Shown in pieces: positions 29,649 to 39,068 of a stretch of DNA of 64,000 nucleotides. The translations under genes were made by a program, and so were the position numbers. Under the pieces are notes generated by a model. It saw only the letters and a program-made list of their open reading frames with translations, was not told where the DNA came from and made no database searches. The stretch comes from Escherichia phage A5-4, in sequence record OP744025; one strand, 5' to 3'. The stretch's first letter is position 1, and every line of letters begins with the position of its first letter.

Positions 29649-32600
29649 GTGTCGTCTAATACTGATATATTGGCACTGGTAAGCACTGAAGCAGACCTCG
29701 CTGTTGATCAGATCATCGAAGACTCTCGAAGACTTCATTTGATCGTCAACGGAACTGCAACAGAACAAGCTGTTACAGAAGATGGTAGCTTAATTCCTAG
29801 TGTACGTAAAGCGATAATTGATAACTTTTATTTTAAAACTCCACCGTTACCGTGGAGAAATGGAAGTTCAGTTATTGAATTCAATCAGTTGTATGCCTTT
29901 ACCGATGTAAATGGCAACGTAACTTGGTGGTATGCCCCAGGTGCAACCAGCAGTACCCCTGTCGTTATGCGAGATAGTCCAATCAACGACGGGAAGTTTA
30001 GACCTTTCTTCGATAAAGGTAACATTCAAGAAACTTACGCCCCTATCCTTTCCCCTGTCTTCCGTGGAAACCCTACCGTACCCCTTGCTGCTGAAGGCGA
30101 TAGCTCATTTACTATCGCGAACACCGCTTGGGTTAGCCGAGAAATAGAAAAAGTACGTGGTGAGGTTCTTGAAGAATCCAGAGGTGAATTCCAAAACATT
30201 ATCGTTGCAGATGATGCGAGTCTGAAAGATCTCTATGTAAGTGGAGAAACCATCTTTACTGGTGATAGGATCGCTGCTCTTGATGCCGAGTTATCTTTAA
30301 AAAGATTACGAATGACAGGTACAGGCGCAGAAATCGCATTTGAACAAAATGGTGTTCCACCCCAAGCAGGATTAACAAAAAGAACAAATATCAAACCTTT
30401 CCAAGTCACCACTGGGGTTGTTGATACAGATAATATAACTGCGAGAGAGATCAAGGTTGGAAATACCTCTGTTTCCACGAATTCCCTCGATGTTGATGGA
30501 TTCATGCAAGGTGACTATCTTCACTTACAGGGTAATGCCAACAACGCAGAAGACCGCCCACAACTGATCGTTGACGGTGTTGCGGAAATAAATACTCTTC
30601 GTGTGACGAACACCATTGAAGGATTGAAGGCTGACGTTGAAGGTCTGGATATTAATCCTAACAGTATTGTGGTTGAAAGAACTGCGGAGATCAAGGGAAA
30701 TACAACCCTTGGTGCAGATCTTTCCGTTTCTGGCAATACCGTATTGAAAGATGTACGCATCGATGGTACTCTTACTGGCGCGGGAATCGGCGTTGATGGT
30801 AAAGATATTTCTCCTCGTAACGTGAGTGCAACATCCGTAACAGTTGCAGAGAATTTAAATATCACAGGTCCAACTAATGCTTCCGGCGATGTTACAGTAA
30901 ACAACCTCACTGTTAACGGGACACTTAGAGCAGATATCGATTTTGGAACAAGTGCTGTTGAATTTCAAGATTTAACTGTAACCAATAGAGCTACGATTAA
31001 AGATCTTGAGATCACTGGCAACGTTACAGGTTTTACTCCCTCTGTTGATGGAGAAGCAATATCCCCTTCATCTGTGACAACGACAGGGAACATTGATGTT
31101 GGAAACAATCTACGTGTCCGTGGCGATCTTAGCCTAGATGGTGAATTGAGCCTTCCAAGCTTAGATACTGGAGATATCTCCGCTGCTGAAATTGACGCTG
31201 CAAGTCTTTCGGTTAGTGGTGACATTACCGCAGGGACAACCTCGACTACAACGGTTAATAATCTTGTGGTAACAGGAACCACTACAGGAATCACTGTAAC
31301 GGGAAATGTTGATGGGCAAGACATTCTCCCATCGTCGGTAGAAACAACGTCTGTAGAAGCTTCTGAGAGCGTTACAACGGCAAACCTGACAGCCACTGGA
31401 GAAACTCAGGTAAATAACCTGACAATCACGGGAACTGTAACAGGTTTTGAAGTAGACCTCACTGGAAGGGACATTCAGGTTAATACCCTGACGGTTACTC
31501 GTGGATCAACTTTTGACGAGGTTACTGCTAATAACATAACCAACAATCAAAAGATTACTACGGTAGATCTTCAGGTAACTGGAAACCTGACAAATGCCAA
31601 TGGTGAGCAATTCTTTGCAAACGTCACTGGTCAAGACATTCTTCCAAATAGTGTGCAGTCTGCAACGTCTGTGAGAACTAAAACGCTACGTGTCGAAGAG
31701 ACTAGCCTCTTGGAAGGTGCTGTTACCTTAAATGATGGTTTGACTATCACCGCTGGTAATATCACATCTGTTCAAGGTCAAGCAAGCTTCAATGACGTAC
31801 AGGTATTTGGATCTCTTCTGGACGCGAATGGTAACGCCTTAGGGACAGCGGAAAGCATAAACGGTAAAGATATCTCTCCCCGTAGCGTAACCGCTCAAGT
31901 TGAGATTCAGACTACTGCAATTGTTGCTACAGGTCAAGCTGAAGTTGGTTCTTTGATTTCAACTGGACAAGTAACGGCAGGAAGCTTAGAGGTTTCAGGG
32001 ATAGGCAACATTGATCAAGTCATCACCGATGATATCCGTGCTGGTAAAGTGACTTCCGGTAACACTGTTATCACTCGCACTGTCGGGTCTAATGACCCCG
32101 CTCTTGAAGTTCGTGGACCAGGTGAGATTCAGGGCGACCTTAATGTAACCGGAACTGTAACTGGTAACATTGACCTTAGCTCTCAAGACGTTAACGTTGC
32201 TTCTATGACCTCAACGGGAACAGTAAATGCCCTTTCCATTGAGTCTCGTACATCGGTAACTGGATTGTCTGGTACATTCGGTGAAGATTATGAAGGTGCA
32301 CCTACCTATGGTATAACTTCTCTTTCCGGCGCAAACATCAACAAGAACCTTCGAGTTGGTGGAAACCTGACTGTTGTTGGTAACATCTCTGGCAATATCG
32401 ACTTATCTGGAAAGGCGATCGAGCCTGCATCTTTGTCTACCACGACAGCTACGTTAACGACGGCGAACATAACAGACCTGACTGTAACTGGTCAGTTTAA
32501 TATCCCGACTGTACCGTTAAATGTTCAATCCCTTAGTTCTGAAAACGCTATTTCTGCAAGCAAGTTCAGCACCACACCAAAAGAAGTAAGCACCACCTCT

Positions 32601-32882
32601 TCTTCTTACATCCCAGACGGCTCAACGAGCATATATAACGTAAACGTTATAAATGATGTTGAAGTGAAAGCGCCGATTGGCCTGTTGAGTTCAGGAAAAG
32701 GTGAGTCAGTATTCCTCTTCTTTGAACAGGATGGTACTGGTGGACATGCGGTAACATTCGGATCGGAGTTTGTTGTGCACGGTACTGAAACCATCAACAC
32801 AGATGCAAACACTGTGTCGGTAGTTAACATGGTTTATCGTGGCAAAGGCCCATTGATTGACGTATTCATCACTCGTCGCTAA
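29649..32882 (+). CDS. Large tail fibre / tail spike protein
   Basis: 1077 aa; N-terminal TAWVSREI-type attachment motif; long iterated NxT/GxVxG beta-helix-like repeats; GTG start after GAGGAG. Confidence 0.8.
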   Translation: MSSNTDILALVSTEADLAVDQIIEDSRRLHLIVNGTATEQAVTEDGSLIPSVRKAIIDNFYFKTPPLPWRNGSSVIEFNQLYAFTDVNGNVTWWYAPGATSSTPVVMRDSPINDGKFRPFFDKGNIQETYAPILSPVFRGNPTVPLAAEGDSSFTIANTAWVSREIEKVRGEVLEESRGEFQNIIVADDASLKDLYVSGETIFTGDRIAALDAELSLKRLRMTGTGAEIAFEQNGVPPQAGLTKRTNIKPFQVTTGVVDTDNITAREIKVGNTSVSTNSLDVDGFMQGDYLHLQGNANNAEDRPQLIVDGVAEINTLRVTNTIEGLKADVEGLDINPNSIVVERTAEIKGNTTLGADLSVSGNTVLKDVRIDGTLTGAGIGVDGKDISPRNVSATSVTVAENLNITGPTNASGDVTVNNLTVNGTLRADIDFGTSAVEFQDLTVTNRATIKDLEITGNVTGFTPSVDGEAISPSSVTTTGNIDVGNNLRVRGDLSLDGELSLPSLDTGDISAAEIDAASLSVSGDITAGTTSTTTVNNLVVTGTTTGITVTGNVDGQDILPSSVETTSVEASESVTTANLTATGETQVNNLTITGTVTGFEVDLTGRDIQVNTLTVTRGSTFDEVTANNITNNQKITTVDLQVTGNLTNANGEQFFANVTGQDILPNSVQSATSVRTKTLRVEETSLLEGAVTLNDGLTITAGNITSVQGQASFNDVQVFGSLLDANGNALGTAESINGKDISPRSVTAQVEIQTTAIVATGQAEVGSLISTGQVTAGSLEVSGIGNIDQVITDDIRAGKVTSGNTVITRTVGSNDPALEVRGPGEIQGDLNVTGTVTGNIDLSSQDVNVASMTSTGTVNALSIESRTSVTGLSGTFGEDYEGAPTYGITSLSGANINKNLRVGGNLTVVGNISGNIDLSGKAIEPASLSTTTATLTTANITDLTVTGQFNIPTVPLNVQSLSSENAISASKFSTTPKEVSTTSSSYIPDGSTSIYNVNVINDVEVKAPIGLLSSGKGESVFLFFEQDGTGGHAVTFGSEFVVHGTETINTDANTVSVVNMVYRGKGPLIDVFITRR

Positions 32883-32885
32883 TAG

Positions 32886-32910
32886 AGGCCCTTCGGGGCC
32901 TTTTCTTTTT
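32886..32910 (+). terminator. Rho-independent terminator
   Basis: AGGCCC-TTCG-GGGCCT hairpin then TTTTCTTTTT. Confidence 0.75.
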
Positions 32911-32921
32911 AGGAGGACAAC

Positions 32922-34157
32922 ATGATCCCTTTTCCAATTATTAATTTCGGTGGCGGTGTTCCACTACCTATAGGCGTTACAATCAAGTATGCAGTAAGTA
33001 CCAGCACCGGAAATATTTTTATTCTGCTTACCAATGGGCATCTATATGTAACCGGATCTAATTATCTAAACGGGCTTGGTAAAACAGGGACCACAAATAA
33101 TGCAACTTCGGGATGGTCACTTACTAACACAGGTGTTGAAGAAGTTTATGAGGTAGGAACAGAAAGTACACTGTACGGCGGTGTGTGGGTTAAGAAAAAT
33201 AATAACCACTATGAATATATCTCTGCTGTGGTCTTTCCCACTGTTGACACAACTCTCCAAAACAGTTGGAACGTCTTGCCTGAATCCGCATACATCGTTG
33301 ATGGTGTAAATATTTTATCTTCAGCAATACAAATAGCCAGATCATACGCGATCCAACCCGACGGCACTGTTTACAGACTGCTTCCCGAGGGGCCGCAAGT
33401 AGCTTGGCCTGAAAAAACAAAATACCTGTATTTTGCAAACTATAATGCTATTCGTGTCGAGGTGGATGGGACTTTAAAATACCGAGGCGACAATGGTGTA
33501 GATCAAGTGGCAGGCACTTCTGCCGGAACAACATTATCAACTTGGACAACCATCGGGGATTCTTCTGTAAGGTATATTAGGGCAAAATGTGCTCGTGGTC
33601 AAGTGGCTAACACGAGTGGCGGTTCAGGTGCTCAATCTATTGTACTTGTTGTTGCACAGAGGGAAGATGGGTCATGGGATGCAGTTGGATCGACAGCAAG
33701 AGCAGGGATAAACTCAACCAACGTCCTCGGTCCTAATTTAGCACCTATGACAAGCATACCTGCGGGGGTTGAAGTTTATGTCACTAACCAGGTCAGTTAT
33801 ACAAACGCAAGTGTGGGAACAAGGGGAGCATTGCAAGTGTTCATCTCCGATAGGGTTAATGGCATCTATCAATCAACGGGTGGACAAGGTGGATACACCT
33901 ATTCTTTATTTAGGAATCTTTCTATAACCACTAATGCAACATCTTTCGATAATATATCTGAAGATATTATAAACGATGGTGGTATCCTTCACATGACGGG
34001 TTCATTATCCGATACTTTCAAAGTGATTGTTAGTGGTAATGGTAATCTTTACTGGACAGGGAGAGGATATTCAGGGGCTATGTACCCTGCTGACTTTACG
34101 GCCTCTAATACGATAGCTCAGAAGTTTAACTTGGAAGGTATAGTTATTCCAGCATAA
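32922..34157 (+). CDS. Repeat beta-propeller-like tail accessory protein
   Basis: 411 aa with RCC1-like motifs (LYVTGSNYLNGLG, LYWTGRGYSG); last gene of plus arm. Confidence 0.55.
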   Translation: MIPFPIINFGGGVPLPIGVTIKYAVSTSTGNIFILLTNGHLYVTGSNYLNGLGKTGTTNNATSGWSLTNTGVEEVYEVGTESTLYGGVWVKKNNNHYEYISAVVFPTVDTTLQNSWNVLPESAYIVDGVNILSSAIQIARSYAIQPDGTVYRLLPEGPQVAWPEKTKYLYFANYNAIRVEVDGTLKYRGDNGVDQVAGTSAGTTLSTWTTIGDSSVRYIRAKCARGQVANTSGGSGAQSIVLVVAQREDGSWDAVGSTARAGINSTNVLGPNLAPMTSIPAGVEVYVTNQVSYTNASVGTRGALQVFISDRVNGIYQSTGGQGGYTYSLFRNLSITTNATSFDNISEDIINDGGILHMTGSLSDTFKVIVSGNGNLYWTGRGYSGAMYPADFTASNTIAQKFNLEGIVIPA

Positions 34158-34161
34158 AGAA

Positions 34162-34186
34162 AAGGCGCTCAAATGAGCGCCTTTAT
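34162..34186. terminator. Bidirectional terminator between convergent arms
   Basis: AAAGGCGCTC-AAAT-GAGCGCCTTT hairpin flanked by A-run and T-run. Confidence 0.8.
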
Positions 34187-34205
34187 TTTTATCTAAATTT
34201 TACGA

Positions 34206-35381
34206 TCAAAACGGAATATCGTCGTCAAAATCCATATCATCTACAGACATATTCACATGGCCTTCGATATCAGGTGTAGGTGAATCTTCTGCTGACGGAG
34301 TTAACTGCGGTTCCGGCTCAGGTTTCTTTTCTTCTTTCTTAGGAGTTGAAGCACCGTTACGGATCTTATCTTCCAGTTGACAGATGAATCGGAAATTCTC
34401 TTCAGTCTTAGCAATAAACGTTTCAATGTTATTACTTCCCCAACGGGCAGAAAGAATACCACACTGGCCTAAACGAGCACCAAAAGAATAATCATCCATA
34501 GATTTAAACTCTTCGCGAAGTTTTGCTTTAATGGAGTCCATCGCTGCAAGAACTTGCTCTACAACAATACCCTGATTTGCGATCGTTTCATTCGGGAACA
34601 TTGCATCTGTGATAGACAGTGCATTACCTAAACGAATGGGGAGATCATCCTTACCTTTACCTGAACGAGAACCTGTTCCGGTGTTTGCACCTTTTGGACC
34701 ATATGCTTTAAAGCCAGTTACAGTACCATCTTCTGCACGAACACCTGCAATACGACCACCTTCTGAAATCTGACCTGCTTGTTCATCAGTAAGATTTACA
34801 GTAACTTCTGTGCCATCTTCCAGCTTAACAACTACCTTATTGCCTTCGATAGATGTGATATCACCATAAATCTTCTTAGCTGCACCACCAGACGGCTTTT
34901 GCTGCTGTTGGGAACCACTTGATTGCTGCTGTTGCTGACGAGGCTCACGAGCACCGGATGCGTCAGTAATTTTGATACGTGCTTTCTTACCTTCTGTAGA
35001 AGAACCTTGACTACCATCTTCTTTGGTATAGGTCTTGATAACAACAGGTAAACGAATTTTCATACCCTCTTTAAGATCAGTGTAACCACCTTCAGGATTT
35101 TTAATCTGGAACTGATTCTCATACTTCAGGTTTTTAACTTCACCCTCACCAAAAGAAATCCATGCTTGATCTTCACCTTCTTTAAGAAGAACCGCATAGC
35201 GGTGGGTATTGTTAATGCTTTTCTGCTGACCAGTATTCTTGTCTTTGAAGGTAGTCACTCGTGGGCTACCATCTCCATTAATACGTTTGATCATGATACG
35301 TTCAATCGTACCTGCTGCGATGTTTACTGTGGTATCGGAAACAGCATCGTATACAGCATTGATAACTTTAACTTCAGACAT
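34206..35381 (-). CDS. SSB-like protein with acidic C-terminal tail
   Basis: Ends MDFDDDIPF; Q-rich linker; 391 aa multi-domain; consensus promoter and AAAGGAG RBS upstream. Confidence 0.7.
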   Translation of the reverse strand: MSEVKVINAVYDAVSDTTVNIAAGTIERIMIKRINGDGSPRVTTFKDKNTGQQKSINNTHRYAVLLKEGEDQAWISFGEGEVKNLKYENQFQIKNPEGGYTDLKEGMKIRLPVVIKTYTKEDGSQGSSTEGKKARIKITDASGAREPRQQQQQSSGSQQQQKPSGGAAKKIYGDITSIEGNKVVVKLEDGTEVTVNLTDEQAGQISEGGRIAGVRAEDGTVTGFKAYGPKGANTGTGSRSGKGKDDLPIRLGNALSITDAMFPNETIANQGIVVEQVLAAMDSIKAKLREEFKSMDDYSFGARLGQCGILSARWGSNNIETFIAKTEENFRFICQLEDKIRNGASTPKKEEKKPEPEPQLTPSAEDSPTPDIEGHVNMSVDDMDFDDDIPF

Positions 35382-35428
35382 TTAAATCTCCTTTAACTAT
35401 TGAACACACCATTTAAGGCCGAGAAACT

Positions 35429-35457
35429 ATATTACAACTAACTTATTTGAATTGCAA
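35429..35457 (-). promoter_or_regulatory. Sigma70-like promoter for SSB-like gene
   Basis: TTGCAA-17 nt-TAATAT on minus strand ~50 nt upstream of start. Confidence 0.55.
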
Positions 35458-35464
35458 ACAACTT

Positions 35465-35845
35465 TTAGAGATAAACTCGCTTAACTTTTTCATGAACATT
35501 ATCAAACAAAGTGTTGATCATCTGCAAGTCTTTAATAAGTTCTTCCGTAAATTGTTCTTCTTTGTGAGCAAACACACGAGAACGGTCAATGTTTACGGGA
35601 TCTGCACTTTGGTCACCAGACAGGTCGAAAATGTCGATACCAATACGAGCACGACCTTTTTCAATCTTATTCTCATCATCAATACCATAAACACTCATGA
35701 TTTGCATTTCACGATCTTCTTCACTGTTTGTATAGATGATCGTGGTATTCAGATTCTTAATGCCATCATAAATGTGGATATTACGTGTAGCTGAGATAGG
35801 AATCCAATCACCAACCAAATAATCTTTACCGTCGAAAATACTCAT
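35465..35845 (-). CDS. Hypothetical protein
   Basis: 126-aa ORF in colinear minus operon. Confidence 0.6.
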   Translation of the reverse strand: MSIFDGKDYLVGDWIPISATRNIHIYDGIKNLNTTIIYTNSEEDREMQIMSVYGIDDENKIEKGRARIGIDIFDLSGDQSADPVNIDRSRVFAHKEEQFTEELIKDLQMINTLFDNVHEKVKRVYL

Positions 35846-35899
35846 CTTCTTTCCTCTTTTGTTTAAGTGGGGCCATTATGCCCCACACTTAACTTTCTG

Positions 35900-36472
35900 T
35901 CAAGGACGTTTCGGTGGACTAACGACACCTTTTTTAGATAAAGGTAATTCGTCTGCATCTTTTCCACGGAGAGATTCTAACCACTCATCTAAAGATAGAG
36001 GTACTTTGCCAACACCCTTGGACCATACAGATAAGCAATACAGGTCGTATGCAGATGGGCCAGCATCACCCTTGTCACCATACGGCCCTTTTAAACTCGC
36101 CAACCAATCCTTTTCATTCAGTGGGATAGTGCCTGGATCTTCTTGTCGAAGAACTCTTAGGTATGTTTCATAAGCAGACTCTCCACGGGGACCCATTGGA
36201 CCAGGTAAACCTTGCGGTCCCTTTGCATACTCTAAATATGCAGACTTTGAACCATCATTGACCACTGAAACTTTATACAATGACCAAGCCAACAGAACTA
36301 TCCAACAAGCAAACAATGCAAGCGGGTAAGGGATCATTGAAGTAAAGAATGACAGGGCTAAAATTACAACCTTGTTCTTGTGATCACGACGGAAAGCGAT
36401 GATCACAGGGGCTAACCAGATAGCAAAGATAACCCACGCAGATAAGATAAACAACCAACTAATGTATTCCAT
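35900..36472 (-). CDS. Two-TM membrane protein with collagen/fibre-repeat ectodomain
   Basis: N-terminal hairpin of two TM helices (AFRRDHKNK...CWIVLLAWSL) then GPQGLPGPMGPRGE, SAYETYL, DWLASLKGPYGDKGD, SAYDLY, EWLESLRG; GAGGAGG RBS. Confidence 0.7.
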   Translation of the reverse strand: MEYISWLFILSAWVIFAIWLAPVIIAFRRDHKNKVVILALSFFTSMIPYPLALFACWIVLLAWSLYKVSVVNDGSKSAYLEYAKGPQGLPGPMGPRGESAYETYLRVLRQEDPGTIPLNEKDWLASLKGPYGDKGDAGPSAYDLYCLSVWSKGVGKVPLSLDEWLESLRGKDADELPLSKKGVVSPPKRP

Positions 36473-36660
36473 TAAGCCTCCTCAGTATCGTCTTTAAAGT
36501 AATCTAACATCCAACTCTCTACAGGTTTCGCATAGTAACCCGTTCGCCCTTTCTTTTGGAACTCCATAACAATTTCATTTGCAATACCTTTTGTGATTGC
36601 GATCCCGATCAGTGCACCACCAGGCCCCATTACTGCATGTGAACTAAGATCATTACTCAT
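36472..36660 (-). CDS. Hypothetical small protein
   Basis: 62-aa ORF; TAATG coupling to downstream gene. Confidence 0.55.
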   Translation of the reverse strand: MSNDLSSHAVMGPGGALIGIAITKGIANEIVMEFQKKGRTGYYAKPVESWMLDYFKDDTEEA

Positions 36661-36952
36661 TTTTAACCCCCTTCATTTTATCTCTTAAACTTTGAGCATC
36701 CCACGTATAACCTGAGGAGATACCTTTTTCACGTTCACTATCTTTGAACTTGCAAATTACAGATTTTGCTTCACCATCAACAACAACCGCATAACTGTTG
36801 TAGTAATTGTGTTGCTTCTTGCAAAATTCGTGTAACTCCTTGACCTCTGTTGGCATCAGAGAAGGTAGATTCTTGTATCGCTTTGTATGCTCGTCTTCAC
36901 CTTCTTTACAACCTATGAGAAGAAGTATACATAAAACGATCAACCTTTTCAA
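36653..36952 (-). CDS. Putative lipoprotein
   Basis: Signal peptide with lipobox LLIGC; TTG start after GGAGG. Confidence 0.55.
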   Translation of the reverse strand: MKRLIVLCILLLIGCKEGEDEHTKRYKNLPSLMPTEVKELHEFCKKQHNYYNSYAVVVDGEAKSVICKFKDSEREKGISSGYTWDAQSLRDKMKGVKNE

Positions 36953-37104
36953 TAGTTACCTCCTAAATATTTTGTGATCTCTACTGCAAATATTGTTCCA
37001 AGTATAAACCATGTTGCACTTAACACGTTGAAAGGTAAAAACCTTGAACCTGCAAGAGAAACCATAATAAAGAACGTTACAAAAATTTCTGGAGAAATCA
37101 TCAT
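36949..37104 (-). CDS. Small hydrophobic protein (51 aa; absent from track)
   Basis: ATG overlaps upstream stop (ATGA); TGA overlaps downstream TTG start; one predicted TM. Confidence 0.5.
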   Translation of the reverse strand: MMISPEIFVTFFIMVSLAGSRFLPFNVLSATWFILGTIFAVEITKYLGGNY

Positions 37105-37502
37105 TGTTTTATAGTTCCCTTTGCAATCAATTCGTCAACCTCATCCTCTGCACGACACATAATCTGATAAATAGTCTCCGGATTGTTTAAGAATTCCGTA
37201 TACTTCTTGATACGGCATACTAAACGTGAACGAACTTGCCGCTCCCGAGTAACATGACGAAAATAATGACCTTTCTGACGATAAACCCAAGCATAGTATA
37301 CAGTCTTTGCTCGATTGCGATCTGAACCTAAACGCTCAGCCAACAGAGTGTAAGGGTCATTATTAGTGGGACCAAACAAAAATATTTCTGCAAAACTTTC
37401 TTTAACGATACGAGATTCTTCATCCGTGATTCGCGGACATTCTTCAGAACCGTAGCGTGGTGTTTTAGTGGCATTTGGCTTCTTAGGGTATACTTTACGC
37501 AT
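37101..37502 (-). CDS. Hypothetical basic protein
   Basis: 133-aa ORF, Arg/Lys-rich. Confidence 0.6.
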   Translation of the reverse strand: MRKVYPKKPNATKTPRYGSEECPRITDEESRIVKESFAEIFLFGPTNNDPYTLLAERLGSDRNRAKTVYYAWVYRQKGHYFRHVTRERQVRSRLVCRIKKYTEFLNNPETIYQIMCRAEDEVDELIAKGTIKQ

Positions 37503-37569
37503 TTCATCACTCCTCTAATTAAAACTCTTACTCCCGATGTGAGGAGCCTTTCGGCCCCTCTCTTAAATA

Positions 37570-38178
37570 TCAATCACAACTGCTTGAAGAACTACTACTG
37601 CTACTGTCAGAAGAATAACTATCATATGAAGATGAGCTTTCATACGAACTTGATCGACTTGAAGAACAGTAAGAACTTGAACTACTTGTACGATCTTCAC
37701 TGGAGGACATTACAGCAGCATACGTTGCCACACCACCTAAAGCTGCCACCTGAGGATCAACCTGGCTAGTTCCATATCCGTTTGGAGAGTCGCTCATTTT
37801 ACGTGGCGCTGCCCGACGTGCCTGATCAATATATTGTCGCTTTGCCTTCGGTGGTAATTTCTTACCTTGAGCATAAGACGGCAGTTCAACACCCTTCAGT
37901 TGTTCATCCAAAGGTTTCGGCGGCGTAGCCTGTGATTTTGGTCGTTCAACAGAGATATCAACAACCTTCATCGTCTTATCTTTGATGTTTAACCCAACCA
38001 ATACCTCATTTTCTTTTAATGGTTCTTCTAAAGATCGTGTTTCAACTGGACTGAATTTAACGCTTGCAGTTTCTTGACGTTGTTCAGCTTGCTTTGCGAT
38101 ATACTTATCGATCGCCGCAGTTTCTACTTCCAGCGGAATAAATAATGATTTTACCCAAGCAACAAACTTCTTGATCAT
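37570..38178 (-). CDS. Hypothetical protein with poly-Ser C-terminal tail
   Basis: 202 aa; last ~45 residues almost entirely Ser with Tyr/Asp. Confidence 0.6.
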   Translation of the reverse strand: MIKKFVAWVKSLFIPLEVETAAIDKYIAKQAEQRQETASVKFSPVETRSLEEPLKENEVLVGLNIKDKTMKVVDISVERPKSQATPPKPLDEQLKGVELPSYAQGKKLPPKAKRQYIDQARRAAPRKMSDSPNGYGTSQVDPQVAALGGVATYAAVMSSSEDRTSSSSSYCSSSRSSSYESSSSYDSYSSDSSSSSSSSSCD

Positions 38179-38399
38179 ACTCTTTCTCCTTTTTCATCAA
38201 TAACGATTAATGGCTCAATAACTAAAAGGCGCTGCTTCATAAGACTTTTTATAGTCTCATCGATATCAGATAGAAGAATATCTTTTTGACTTTCTATCCA
38301 ATTACGTGCTGCCTTTTCTGAGACAAAGGCAATACCTTCTTGACCAATGTCCCACTCACAGAATACTTTATACACCATCATCCTCACCCTTGTCAACAT
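38175..38399 (-). CDS. Hypothetical small protein
   Basis: 74-aa ORF, coupled. Confidence 0.55.
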   Translation of the reverse strand: MLTRVRMMVYKVFCEWDIGQEGIAFVSEKAARNWIESQKDILLSDIDETIKSLMKQRLLVIEPLIVIDEKGERV

Positions 38400-38685
38400 T
38401 ATTTGGATTCAGTTTCTTTTCTGCCTGTTTCAAAATAATATCTAGCTTTTCAATTTCTTTGTGGAGAGGTTCAGACAACAACTTCTCACCAAAAAGCCAG
38501 AACTTCTTCATACCTTTTTTGACACCCTTCCCCATAAAATTAGCAAGATCTTCAAGCTTCCATGCAATAAAGCTAATAACCGCTGCAATAAGATGAACAA
38601 GTGCCAACAACACACGGTGCGGGTTTAAAATGCCAAGACAGATAAGCATAAAGATTATTTTTGTAAAGCCCCATACAATTTTCAT
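38368..38685 (-). CDS. Membrane protein
   Basis: 105 aa with two hydrophobic helices. Confidence 0.55.
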   Translation of the reverse strand: MKIVWGFTKIIFMLICLGILNPHRVLLALVHLIAAVISFIAWKLEDLANFMGKGVKKGMKKFWLFGEKLLSEPLHKEIEKLDIILKQAEKKLNPNNVDKGEDDGV

Positions 38686-39068
38686 TCGTAATTAATCCCC
38701 ACGTTAACAATTTCCCCAGTTTTATCATTGAACACTTCAATATCATAGTATTCAATAACGCCTTCTTCATCAAAAGAACTTTTCTGTTTACAAGGTGATA
38801 CCCAAAAGCCGTGAATTACCGCCTCTTCAAGACCATCAGTGCCGGACACACGACTTAATGTTGGATAAGGGACCAGTATAGGTTTTACTTCACCACACCC
38901 ACACGTACAGCAAAATACTTCATCTTCTTCCAGTTGGTACAGTCGCTTTTCTGGAACAAAAGTCAGATGCGCCAAAGGATATTTAGAGACGATGGCATTA
39001 ATATAAGGTTTTCCTGCCAAGCTGTCAATAAATTCATTAAACTCTTTTCTATTTTTTGATAAGCTCAT
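38682..39068 (-). CDS. Hypothetical Cys-cluster protein
   Basis: 128 aa; CCTCGC motif. Confidence 0.55.
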   Translation of the reverse strand: MSLSKNRKEFNEFIDSLAGKPYINAIVSKYPLAHLTFVPEKRLYQLEEDEVFCCTCGCGEVKPILVPYPTLSRVSGTDGLEEAVIHGFWVSPCKQKSSFDEEGVIEYYDIEVFNDKTGEIVNVGINYE

